Of a stretch of 36,572 bases of DNA, positions 1 through 11,450 are shown piece after piece (within the stretch, counting starts at the first letter, position 1; every line of letters starts with the position of its first letter). The notes below the pieces were generated by a model. It worked only from the letters and a program-made list of their open reading frames with translations. It made no database searches and was not told where the DNA came from. The stretch is taken from assembly GCF_006345805.1 (NCBI RefSeq), contig NW_021826212.1:1-36572 (forward strand), written 5' to 3'. Source of the DNA: Octopus sinensis. Taxonomy: Eukaryota. Position numbers and translations under genes: made by a program.

Positions 1-149
1 ATATATATATAATTGGTAAATATATATATCTATATGAATGTCGGGTATGCTACTAGTAGTACAACGAGAAAACACGTTTACTGCCTATGTTTACCTGACG
101 TCATTCACGGTGATTAAACAATTGTCGCTTGATCTACCTTAGGAATTCC

Positions 150-395
150 TCAGAGTACGTTGAGTATAAAACAAATGATAGAGACGGAGAATGGAATACA
201 CGGGAAACTTTATTGCTCACAACGATCGTTTCGACACATCCTGCATCGATCCCACGCGAGTGGGAAACTATACAGCTGTTGTTGTGCATCCCTCGATGCG
301 GAAGCGTTTCGTCAGGTGACGTAGTAAGATGTATCTCGTTAAATGAACTATGTTTCATTAGGATTTAATCCAGGATGTTGTTAGTGACAGTCGTG
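150..395 (-). mobile_element. Penelope-like element (PLE) 3' remnant: ORF C-terminus, hammerhead-containing 3' region and AATAAA
   Basis: Minus-strand 380-348 translates QHPGLNPNET*, resembling the P-x-GLN motif that ends PLE GIY-YIG ORFs. It is followed by a hammerhead fold (319-217) and AATAAA (214-209). Boundaries are approximate. Confidence 0.55.
217..319 (-). ncRNA. Type I hammerhead ribozyme motif (possibly weakened by mutation)
   Basis: Core CUGACGA (315-309) and GAAA (232-229). Stem I is UCAC (319-316)/GUGA (220-217). Stem II is about 16 bp (308-293 with 233-249; 2 mismatches, 1 bulge). Stem III is the short palindrome ACGAUCGU. Predicted GUU cleavage lies between 221 and 220. Confidence 0.75.
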
Positions 396-459
396 TCTAT
401 GTATATATAAATATATATGTGTATGTATGTATGTAGTATGTACGTATGGATGGATGTAT

Positions 460-495
<36 letters not shown>

Positions 496-584
496 CTCAT
501 ACATATATATACATACATGTGTGTATGTATGTGCATGTGTGTGTATGCAAGTGTGCATATAAGGAGCCCCTTCTGTCATGAATA

Positions 585-2490
585 CAAGGACAAATGAGAA
601 GAGGGAAGGTAAACAAGTAGTTAGCGGATCTGGAGAAACAACAGTCTGCTTTAACCGAAAGGCGAGATATCAGTCAGGCAACAGTAAAAGCTAGGTACCC
701 TGTTGCTTGAGAAATAGCATAAGCACCAAAGCCGTACCGTGAGGGTGAGTTCGCGAAAATATACATACTGAATGCTGCAGAAATTGTATGCCCTTAGAAG
801 CGACAGACTTTTGCCTGACGAGAAATGCTGTGGCAAATAGGACTTCAGATCTTTCTGCAGGTTTGGACAGGCAACTGAAGCACAAAGTGAAGTCATTTAT
901 TGAATTTTCGGCTGAAATTGATGAGAGCACGGGCATTACGGATGTTGCGCAACCGGCCATATTCCTTCGTGGTGTAGACGAGACTTTGACCGTCACCGAG
1001 AAGTTCCTGGAGTTGGTTCCTATGATGGACACTGCAACAGCAAATGACATTTTCATCTCTCTCGTTGGAGCGCTGGACATGGTCGGAGTGGACTGGGCCC
1101 GTGTTGTCAGCATGGCTACAGATGGCGCTCCATCAATGATTGGAAGAAAAGCAGGTGTTGTGACGCAGAGAGAAAGTACAGACTGCAAATAGAGGACGGA
1201 TTTTTCATGAGGAGGCGTTGTGTTACAAGTCGGTTAAAATGGATTACGTCATGGAAGCGGTTGTCCGAACTGTTAATTTCATTCGGACTAGAGGTCTGAA
1301 TCATCATCAATTTGACAATCTTCTCAGCGATCTAGGCGTTACCTATGGCTTGCCATATCACACCGAGGTAAGGTGGTTAAGCCGAGGTGTCGTGTTGAAA
1401 CGTTTCTTTAATCTACAAGAAGAAATTGAACAGTTCATAGAGGAAAAGGGCAAACCAGTGTTAGATTTCCAATCACCAGAATGGCTGCAAAATTTAGCAT
1501 TTAGCGAGGATATTACAGAGCACTTGAAAAATTTGGACAAAATGCTTCAAAGCCGTAAAAAAGTTGCCACACTGTATTTTGAAAGCATAGGTACATTCAG
1601 GTTGAAGCTAACTTTGTGGGAGACACAGCTGTCAGGTGGTGACCACAGCTGTCAGGTGGTGACCCTACTCATTTTCCTTGTCCAAAAGATGTGATTGCCA
1701 CCACAGATAATGTTGACGTGAATCGGTACAAAGACAATATCACGGGATTGCTGCCGGAGTTTGAGCAACGGTTTCAGATTTTTTATGAACTTGAGACAGA
1801 TTTTAAGATTTTCGCTCACCATTTACAGTCAACGCCTCTGATCTGCCTATCAATATCCAACTTGAAATGATTGACTTGCTGTGTGATTTGAAGAACAAAT
1901 TTACTCCGGAGGGCTTGGACACATTTTATCAGTATCTCTTGCCAAAGTACCCCAAATTGACAGTCCTTGATGCGAAAGTTTTGTACGTGTTTGGGAACAT
2001 GCCTTTGTGAACAAGTTCTTCTCTGTTATGAGCATCAATAAAACAAAGCTGTGCTCAAGGCTCACCCATAAGTACCCAAAGAACATCCTGAAATTGGCTG
2101 CTACTCAGGATTTGACGCCTGATATTGATGCATTTGTGAAAGAGAAAATATGCCAAGTTCCAGGAACATACTGAAAATAAATGATAAAAAAGAATAAGTT
2201 TTTTTAAATGGTTTTCAAAGTGTTTTTTTTATATTTGTAAATTGTATACATTTACAAGGCAGAGTAATAATACAGTCTTTTTTAACAGTTCCCACTTTCA
2301 CTTGGTCAATGAACATACTGTTCTTCAAGCTAGAACATTTTCAGAATGTACCTTTTTACTCTAAAACAAAGGGAAAATTTTGAAATTGCTATTTGTAGGT
2401 TCTTATGCCATGATTTTACTGGTCCGGCTCGCTTGAGATCAAATTGGGTTGATATGTGGCCCGTGAACTAAAAGGAGTTTGATACCTCTA
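585..2490 (+). mobile_element. Decayed hAT DNA transposon (GTF2IRD2/Charlie/SPIN-like transposase), 5' end missing
   Basis: ORF pieces 788-1192 and 1218-1694 plus flanking frames give IDEST, ATDGAPSMIG, HTEVRWLSRG and CEQ-FS motifs, with stops and frameshifts. Coding ends near 2173. The right end GAGTTTGATACCTCTA (2475-2490) resembles a hAT TIR and is followed by CTGTAAAA (central TA, Charlie-type target). Confidence 0.92.
1624..1663 (+). repeat. Perfect 20-bp tandem duplication inside the hAT transposase
   Basis: CACAGCTGTCAGGTGGTGAC x2; it shifts the reading frame. Confidence 0.95.
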
Positions 2491-2720
2491 CTGTAAAAGG
2501 TAGTGATAGATAGGCTGATAGCTGGATGTATATACAAATGGATAGATTGTGGAAGTGAGAAGAATTGAGAAATGTCAAAAGAATTATTCAAAGTTGACTA
2601 ACAAAAGTGAGAACCCAAAAGTGATTATTGGACTGAGAGAGGAATTGAGAGTTTGGAGGAAGAAATAGTCTGAAGTTGTAAAAGACAGGTGATAAGAATG
2701 AGTAGAAATGTGGAGCGAAG

Positions 2721-2821
2721 ATGACTGGATAGAGAGAAGGATTGAAGATGGCAGGAGAAATACCTTAACTTGTACACACACACACACACACACGCACACA
2801 CACACGCACGCACACACACAC

Positions 2822-2856
<35 letters not shown>

Positions 2857-2940
2857 CCGCGCTGAATAAGTAGTAATGGAGAGTAATGACTGGATAGAGA
2901 GAAGAATTAGCGATGCCAAGAAAAATATCCTAACTTGTAC
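2721..2940 (+). repeat. 55-bp imperfect direct repeat pair (2721-2775, 2886-2940) bracketing a (CA)n tract
   Basis: 46/55 identity by manual alignment; both copies end AACTTGTAC. Confidence 0.85.
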
Positions 2941-3008
2941 TCTCTTTGTCTCTCCCTCTCTCCCACCCACATACAAACATTGATATATACTAACACCACT
3001 CATATATT

Positions 3009-3019
3009 ATGTGTGAGTG

Positions 3020-3101
<82 letters not shown>

Positions 3102-3285
3102 CCATGTGTTATACGTACATATATATATATATATACACACACATATACACATATAATATATAATAAAAATATATATATAATACATTATATGTAATATATT
3201 ATGTACAATATATATTTATATTATATATATATACATATAAATATATGATATATGTTATATTATGAGTGTATATATCTATGTATCG
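3009..3285. repeat. Compound (TA)n/(TG)n microsatellite
   Basis: Direct inspection. Confidence 0.9.
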
Positions 3286-4066
3286 GTGTTTGTGTGTGTG
3301 TGTTTATCCACACAAGCAGTAGAACAATATTGATGATCAGATAGTGAGCTTAGAATGACAGAAGAAACCTGGTTAACATTATAGCAGAGAATATTGGAAA
3401 TCTCGAAAGCGGTTTTATTACGCGCGCGCACGCACACACACACGCGCGCGTGCGCGCCACACAAAGTCCAAAATGGCTTGCAACATTACTAGTCATGTCA
3501 GGTCTAAAACTCTGTGCTTGGGTTGTGAAAGAATGAAGAGTGTCAAACATCAATCAAGACCACCTGAGATAGCGGATCTGCGCTATTCTACGTGGTCACT
3601 TTCCTTGCTAGACATAACAACTAAATCCAACCCAAATTACATTATATTCTCTTAAGAAAAAAAAATATAAAAAGGAATAGTATCTTGTATGATGTTGTCT
3701 TCGACGCATTATAATATGGAGTGGTCGTGGCTGGAATGTCTTTTGTCACGGGCTTGTTTGATTGTGTGTATGCATGAAATAGCAAAATATGGCTCGGGCG
3801 GACGACGAAAGAACAGACAGGAAACAGGAAGAGACCCACAAAAGACGTGGACGTTCATCCTTCATTAGCTGTCGACCAAATTCATCACAATTTTGACCCC
3901 TTATCGATAAAAATACTGTTCAGTTTGCTGGCGTCAACATCAAAATGAGCAAGAATAAGGGACATAACGGGGAAAGTACAAAAAATAAAAAATAAAAAAG
4001 ACAGGGTTTTGAGACCGAACGGTAAAAGGGACGACTTATGAGGAGCACAAGACGGAAAAGCATATG

Positions 4067-4156
4067 TCCACCTGTAATCGCTTGGCAACCGGTGTTGGTT
4101 TGTCCCTGTTACTTAACGCTCCGACAAAAGAAAACGATATAATAAGCAAGCAGCTT
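4067..4156 (+). mobile_element. Fragment of SINE 3' body (family A)
   Basis: CGCTTGGCAACCGGTGTTGGT...CAAAAGA matches the copy at 11858-12070 (CGCTTGACAACCGGTGTTGGT). Confidence 0.7.
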
Positions 4157-5269
4157 AACCACACAACCATACTTGCGCCTGTCCTATATGTATATCGTTT
4201 ATGTCTATATGCATACATATATACACATATAAACACATACAACCACATATATATTACTTCCTTTTCAATCAGTGGTCAGCTTCCACCTCAATAACAAGTA
4301 CACCTAATTGTAGTCTTCACCCAGCTTCTAGTCATTAGTAGCAGATAATTCAAAATTGTTAGGAGTCTTGCTCACAATAGAAACGTATATTCGTGCCTAG
4401 AATTATGTGAATAATTACTTGCTTGTTTATAATCGAATCTAACGACGTCCAACCATCTCCTTCTTCCCGTGTATATTCTCTGATGATTGCTTACCCCAAT
4501 CCTTGATCGCAGAGGAAAGGAGACAGCAGGGCTGGTGCTACATCCAAGACACACTTGATGTTTGCCAAGGGTCTAGAATATGGGTGCACCATACAAATTC
4601 TGAACCACTTAGACGTAACTGAAATAGTATTAGATTAAAGTTGCCATCCCATTTGTGTACTATAATTAATATATATACACCATTAGACGACATGATGCTG
4701 TGGAATTGTCTGAGACAAAATCTCTTCACAGACTTGTGTTACAAACAATATATATCGGAGCGAGGTGAACATGATCACGGAACGACTGATGTATTTCGCC
4801 TTTCTTGACGTTTATCAATGCCTTGCATCAGATTGTCAACTGCTTAACATAAATCATGCCTCGATATACAGAAACATATTTACACGTTTCTCCAGTCTAC
4901 TTGGCTGAAAATGAACATCAACCTAGAGCAGGCCTCCAGCCCCCTCTCCGATTCGTTGTTTCCCATCCCTGCTGTTCTGCTCGGTCAAGATGTGACAGGG
5001 TCGAGGGCGCTATCAAGTCATATTCGCTTACGAGTGGTGGCAAAATGCGGGCGTGACCCTGTGTTGCGAAGTTTACATAGGGCTCCTCCCAGGATTCAGT
5101 TTTCGTTTTACAGCATTTTTCGATCTAGGAATAGTTAAATTCCAAGTTTGTTTGATCTGAGGGGTCTGATATTTATTTTTAAAAATGGGTAAACTCAAGA
5201 TTCTAGATTACTTGTTCATAGATCACGAGTTCAAACTCGCTGCAGGCATTTTATTGTATTTCTGTACAG

Positions 5270-5347
5270 AAAATTTGATTCAGCATCGATTTAGTCTCCC
5301 TGAACTTTCTAAGGAATTATGCTCAACAGAAAGTCACCCTGTCCAGA
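5270..5347 (+). CDS. Candidate internal coding exon (78 bp, phase 1-1): xNLIQHRFSLPELSKELCSTESHPVQ
   Basis: Pyrimidine-rich acceptor ttttattgtatttctgtacAG, donor A|GTAAGT, length divisible by 3 and only one open frame. No homology recognised. Confidence 0.35.
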
Positions 5348-5779
5348 GTAAGTTTTATCTCTCATTCACTTCACCCCATGAAACTGAAATCTTTATCTAG
5401 GTTATTTTTCTAGCAGATTTTATTTGTAGATGTTGCTGTGTTTTCGTTCTGTGGTTAGGACACTGCTGTAAAATAAACAGGTACGATTGAAATATATTCC
5501 TCACGTGTCCATTTATGCCTTTTTAATTTTATCCGCGAGAATAAGGAATCACGTCCGGTCCTTTATTTTGATGATCATCATTTTCGTAGGGTACCGGTCC
5601 ATTCATTTCTGGTATCAAATGGTTTTTCACGAGTAGGTTTTCGTACTTTTTATGTAACAAGTTCAAAAGTACGTATTTCCCGTTTGTTATCCTTGTGTTG
5701 AATAATACAGGTTTTATTTAATTTATTTTTCATTTTTTATGTATGGTGGTTGGGGACAGAGATCGTCTGATGTTGATTG

Positions 5780-5812
5780 GACGTTATTATTATTGTTGTT
5801 GTTGTTATTGTT

Positions 5813-5890
<78 letters not shown>
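5780..5890. repeat. (ATT)n/(GTT)n microsatellite
   Basis: Direct inspection. Confidence 0.9.
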
Positions 5891-6074
5891 CATTTAAAAT
5901 TTTTTTCAATTTCAGATTATGAAAAGATGAAGCACCATCTTGGAATTCCTGGTTCCAGAATAAACATATAAAAGGTTCATGAATTCCAAGAACCATCTCA
6001 GAGATCATTTGTCAAATAAACTGGACTTAAGAAGAAAAACTTTCAAAAATCAAAAGACAGATGTTCCTGTCATG

Positions 6075-6088
6075 CATGCACACACACA

Positions 6089-6158
<70 letters not shown>

Positions 6159-6171
6159 AGACACAGACACA

Positions 6172-6210
<39 letters not shown>

Positions 6211-6214
6211 ACAG

Positions 6215-6248
<34 letters not shown>

Positions 6249-6492
6249 ACACGGAACGGGCCAAAAGTCGCGCCCCAAATAAGCTCTGTACGCTCAAGAA
6301 TTGTCAGACATACTTCAACTTTTCTAAAATTGAATAAAACAATAATGATGAATCCACACGTTCTTGTGCATGATGGACAAAATAATAATAATAATAATAT
6401 AATAATAATAATAATAATAACGTATAAATAAAATTTAAATGTTTTGTTGCGTGAGTTTGGTCCACTGTGTGTAATATATATATATATATAGT

Positions 6493-6524
<32 letters not shown>

Positions 6525-6632
6525 ACTATATGTGTATATATATATATGTATGTATATATATACACACGCACACATATATAAATATATGAGGGAGAGAGAG
6601 ATATTATATAAGCGCGTGTGCATGTGTATGTG

Positions 6633-6674
<42 letters not shown>

Positions 6675-6720
6675 AGTGAGTGTGTGTGTGTGAGTGTGTG
6701 TCTGAGTGTGTGCGTGTGTC
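6075..6720. repeat. (CA)n, (AAT)n, (TA)n and (TG)n microsatellite cluster
   Basis: Direct inspection; source of several spurious His/Thr and Cys/Val ORFs. Confidence 0.9.
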
Positions 6721-7019
6721 TATACATATCTATAAATAAATCTGTATGTACGTATATGAATGCATATTACTTTTTCTTTGTATACGCGTCTAACAAATTG
6801 TAAATTAAATATGTAATAAAATATAAAAGAAAATATATACATACGATGAAAACGAATCCGTCTTACTCACTCTAGGATAGAAAAGAAAGTGGGGTGGCAT
6901 GAAATTTAATGTATACAATGCAACCCAAATACACGTTTGATACCCTTAAATGTTTGATACGAAAAACTATACGCAATAACTTCCGAGTTGTATTCTCATA
7001 CATGAATACAGCAATGTGA

Positions 7020-7061
<42 letters not shown>

Positions 7062-7099
7062 GAAATTTATAGAAAAACAAAAGAACAAATATATATATA

Positions 7100-7135
<36 letters not shown>

Positions 7136-7362
7136 CGCATTACAGACGCGCGCGCAAGCCCACACGCACATACACACATACATGCACGGATACACGAACA
7201 TAATGGAACTGTCGTAATAAAAAATAATTGATAGCTAAACTCTGCTGGCTAATAAGTGATTCATCTCATTGAAAACAGCACATTGACTTTGTGTTCTGTT
7301 GGAATATTGGCCCACTTGATACTTGAGTGAAATTTATCAAATAGAATACATACATACACCGA

Positions 7363-7658
7363 ACTTTAGAAATAGCAACCAAAGAAAAACTAGCTATTTC
7401 TTCTACTGTAAGAAACAACTCCCAGACAATATATGCTCAAAAACATATCACGTAGGCAGAGATAGAAAATAACGAAATTCACCCGGCATTTGATTAACTG
7501 TGTACGCGTTTCGAAATTAGAGAGATATGAAAAATGCAAGAATCGCATTTCCATTCTAATCACTTTTCGCATCAGCACAGTATTTCCATATATTCTAAAT
7601 TTGGTAGCACTGAAAAAACCTGAACATACCTAGTTTTTTTGGCAGCTATTTCTAAAGT
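7363..7658. mobile_element. MITE-like element bounded by ~30-bp imperfect inverted repeats
   Basis: ACTTTAGAAATAGCAACCAAAGAAAAACTAG (7363-7393) versus the reverse complement of 7630-7658, ACTTTAGAAATAGCTGCCAAAAAAACTAG. No clear TSD. Confidence 0.6.
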
Positions 7659-7659
7659 C

Positions 7660-8000
7660 TCCAGAAGTTTTCGACCAAATTTCCCGGAATTTAGAAAATC
7701 CTCGGAACTTTCCAGGACATTTTGGACCAATTTTCCAGGAAGTTAGATAATCATCGGAACTTTCTAGGAAGCTTTCGACCAATCTATATCCTTGGAACTT
7801 CCCATGAAATCCTCGGAACTTTCCAGGAACTTTCGACCAATATTTCAGGAATTTACAAAACCCTCGGAACTTCCCAGGAAGTTTTCGACCAAATTTCCCG
7901 GAAGTTAGAAGATCCTCGGAACTTTCCGGAAGTTTTCGACCAAATTTAGAAAATTAGAAAGTTAGAAAATCCTTGGAACTTCTTATGAAATCCTCGGAAA
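7660..8000. repeat. Minisatellite, ~51-52-bp unit, about 6 diverged copies
   Basis: Approximate consensus CCAGGAAGTTTTCGACCAAATTTCCCGGAAGTTAGAAAATCCTCGGAACTTT. Confidence 0.9.
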
Positions 8001-8039
8001 GCAAACTTCCAACATGGTTGGAAAGCAAACTTCTGAACC

Positions 8040-8242
8040 ATACACACATACGCACATATATATATATATGCACATACACGTACACACACACATATAGACA
8101 CACATACACATACGCACACAAACACAAGCATGCATACACACATATAATATATACATGTACGCTGGTATGCATAGATATGTCATACACATATATACACATA
8201 TATAATAAGTATTTACTTACGTGTATATATATATTTATACAT

Positions 8243-8289
<47 letters not shown>

Positions 8290-8374
8290 GATATTATATA
8301 TATATATCTACACATATATATATGTGTGTGTGTATATATATGTATGTATGTATATATATATATATATATATATA

Positions 8375-8421
<47 letters not shown>

Positions 8422-8430
8422 TATGCAAAT
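8040..8430. repeat. (CA)n/(TA)n compound microsatellite
   Basis: Direct inspection. Confidence 0.9.
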
Positions 8431-8910
8431 ACACACACAGGTGCGCACCGCACAGTCACTCAGAAAGTCGTAGCAACTGTATAGAGACGTTGTATAATTC
8501 TACAGATTTCTACAGAATTCTCCTGAAGTAGAAATAAGGCAGAAAAGTATGAAAAAGAGAAAAGAAGGAAAGGTAAAATAAATATGTAAATAATATGAAA
8601 TAAAATAAATAAAATCTTAGAAAACATATGAATGGTTTCTTAGAACAATATTTTCTATACAGATTGGCAGCTTGAAAAACTTTGGTAAATTCTGTTAGCT
8701 CCAAAAAAGATAGAATACAGTGAAAGACAGCATGTGGAAGAATGGCCAGCAAAATAGGTATTAGAATGGAATGGAATAAAGAAATGAATGTCGGAAGGAT
8801 GTGCGGGGAAAAGGTAGAGGGAAAGAAGAATGTAGAAAGATGCTAACATATAACAAATGTACCTACAACACACACACACACACACACACACAACACACAC
8901 ACACACACAT

Positions 8911-8941
<31 letters not shown>

Positions 8942-8945
8942 TATG

Positions 8946-8986
<41 letters not shown>

Positions 8987-9054
8987 ATATCCCTCAATTC
9001 AATTTTAACATTTCAATACGGTGTTAAAATAAGTTAAAATGAGATAGATAGAGG

Positions 9055-9118
<64 letters not shown>

Positions 9119-9934
9119 TGGGAGAAAGAAAGTTAGATACGAAAATGATGAATACAGCAGAGAAATATCAATACGTATATACACCCACACACATATATAT
9201 GTATATGAATATACGTATGCTTATATTTATATATATGGATGTATGGATATTTGTATATGTATGTATGTATGTATTTGTATGGATATAAATACATATATAA
9301 GCATACGAACGAACATGCATACGTATATGTATGTATACACGCACACACGAACACCCACGCACGCACACATGCAGACATATCTTACAAACATAAGGACAGA
9401 TATATATGTAAACGTGCATGCATACATATTCACATGCACTGACGCACTCACACACCTCGCACCCGCACCCGCACTCTCACCCACATCTGCACTCATCGCA
9501 CCCGCTTTCATAGTAGTGGTGACGCGGTACCTTAAATATGGCGCTTTGGAAATGACGTGCTTTTTTTATTTCTGTTAACTAATTTACATATATCTACAAG
9601 CACACACACACACACACAAAAACCACACCACAAAACACCACACACACAACACACACACATACACAAGTACACACTCACAAGCACACACACACACACACCA
9701 CACACAACACACAAGTACACACACACACACACACGCACACACAAGTACACACTCACAAGCACACACACACACGCACACGAACACGCAGTCGCGCACGAAC
9801 ATATCCCAAAATACATAGTACTCGATGCAGAGAGGCAGAGTAGTTTATTATCTATTGGTGAAAAAACGTTGGCTTATTGTGCAGGTTCTCATTACTTAAG
9901 CTGCCTCAGTTTTCAGACCCTATATACGACCATG

Positions 9935-10012
9935 CTTTAAGCCATTGGCTTGAGTCCATGCTGGGGCACTATTTTCTTAGGTTTAGTCGGTCATATTGAT
10001 TTCAGAACTTAT
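9935..10012 (-). mobile_element. SINE 3' tail fragment (family A)
   Basis: CCATGCTGGGGCAC...TTTAGTCG matches the reverse complement of the tail at 12000-12060. Confidence 0.6.
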
Positions 10013-10015
10013 TTC

Positions 10016-10170
10016 AGGTTTAGCTGCGTAGTTAAGAAGCTCGGTTTACAATCATGCAGTTTCAAGTTCAGTCCTACTGCTAGGCGGTACCTTGGGCAAA
10101 TGTCATCTACTGGACCGAGCAATGTCATGTGAGTAAGTTTCGTAGTCGGAAACTGTGTGGAAGCTCGTCA
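10016..10170 (+). mobile_element. tRNA-derived SINE head (family A), followed by (CTAT)n
   Basis: Degenerate A box (TAGCTGCGTAGT), B box (AGTTCAGTCC), CCTTGGGCAA and GGAAACTG motifs shared with 11200-11354 and 20921-21041. Confidence 0.8.
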
Positions 10171-10175
10171 TATAC

Positions 10176-10176
10176 A

Positions 10177-10270
<94 letters not shown>

Positions 10271-10290
10271 CTTATCTATCTGTCTGTCTG
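10176..10290. repeat. (CTAT)n/(CTGT)n microsatellite
   Basis: Direct inspection. Confidence 0.95.
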
Positions 10291-10295
10291 TGTAT

Positions 10296-10566
10296 GAAGG
10301 CGTGTGGCTTAGTGGTCAGAGTATTCGGCTTAGGATCGTAGGGTCTTGTGTTCGATTCCCGGCGGAGCGTTGCGTCCTTGCGTAAGACTTTATTTCACGT
10401 TGCTCCAAACCATTCAGCTAGCAACAATGAATTGGACCTGAATTTCAAAGGGCCAGTCTTGTCATATTCTATATCACGCTGAATTTCTCTGAGAACTACA
10501 TTAAGGGTACTCGTATCTATGGAGTTTTCACCTACTTGCTCGTTAATTCCACGAGCAAGCTGATCG
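10296..10566 (+). mobile_element. tRNA-derived SINE (family B), 3' end eroded
   Basis: A box TGGCTTAGTGG and B box GTTCGATTCC; colinear with 23281-23601. Confidence 0.88.
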
Positions 10567-10927
10567 GGTCAAGGCAGCAGGATTCGGTTCCTTGCCATAC
10601 CTTCGAAAAGAGTCAGAAATGGTTCTTGTAGAATTTCTACTTCACCTACCTATCTGGCTTCTTAATACCTCTGATTGTAAACCTATGTTGTGGTTGAGAA
10701 AGACACCGACCGCTCTGCTTAGAAGCCAGGGCCAAGTAGGTGTTCGAAGATCTTCCTAGGAACACAGAGAAACGCATGCACCAGGCTCTGGAGCTGCCTT
10801 TTAGCCGTGGTAGAAATTAAAGCCGGATACCTTGAGTAAGCTATTATCTCCTTGCCATAATCTAGTTAACCATTTAAAATTTTTTAGAATACTTTTATTT
10901 TGAATGCAATATTGTGTTTTCCTTAAC

Positions 10928-11133
10928 ATCTATGCAAACAGTCAAATTTAGCCATGCTGGAGCACTGCAATGAAGGGTTTCAGTTAAACAGATCGACACC
11001 TGTACTCATTTTTCGAATCTGGTGCTTATTCTATCGGTCTAACCATTGCGCAAAGTTAACAACGCAAACTCACCTACACCGGTTGTCAAATGATGGCAGT
11101 GGGTGGCAAATATAAAGACACACACACACACAC

Positions 11134-11200
<67 letters not shown>

Positions 11201-11354
11201 TTGATATTTATTTCCCACTAACAAAATTCCTTCTCAAGGCATTTGCCGGTCCAGGGCTATAGTAGAAGACACTTAACTAAGGTGTCGCGAAGTGGGACTG
11301 AACCTGACGTGGCTGCAAAGCGAGCTTCTTACCCACCCAACCGTGCCAGTCCCT
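10928..11354 (-). mobile_element. Near full-length SINE (family A): tRNA head, internal (TG)n, 3' body
   Basis: Head 11354-11200 with B box GGTTCAGTCCC (11304-11294), microsatellite 11120-11200, tail 10928-11120 homologous to 11858-12070. Confidence 0.82.
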
Positions 11355-11450
11355 ATATCTATAGATGTATGGTTCGTTTACGGGGGAAAAGCGAGGGTGG
11401 ATATCTTATCAATTAAAATTTTAAATTCTTTTCAGTTAATAAATCTCGCA

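Noticed and set aside
40-60. CGGGTATGCTACTAGT resembling a Helitron CTAG 3' end
   Set aside because: No upstream GC-rich hairpin and no 5' TC end visible.
5916-5975. Post-acceptor peptide DYEKMKHHLGIPGSRINI resembling a death-domain helix (similar impressions at 8663-8757 and 14386-14444)
   Set aside because: Each hits an in-frame stop before any usable donor, and the similarity is too short to support.
7660-8000. CRISPR-like repeat array
   Set aside because: Eukaryotic context; units are contiguous diverged tandem copies without unique spacers, and there are no cas genes.
10296-10370. tRNA genes at SINE heads (also 18612, 20050, 22370, 23281)
   Set aside because: A/B boxes are present, but there is no full cloverleaf or acceptor stem and they continue into shared SINE bodies.
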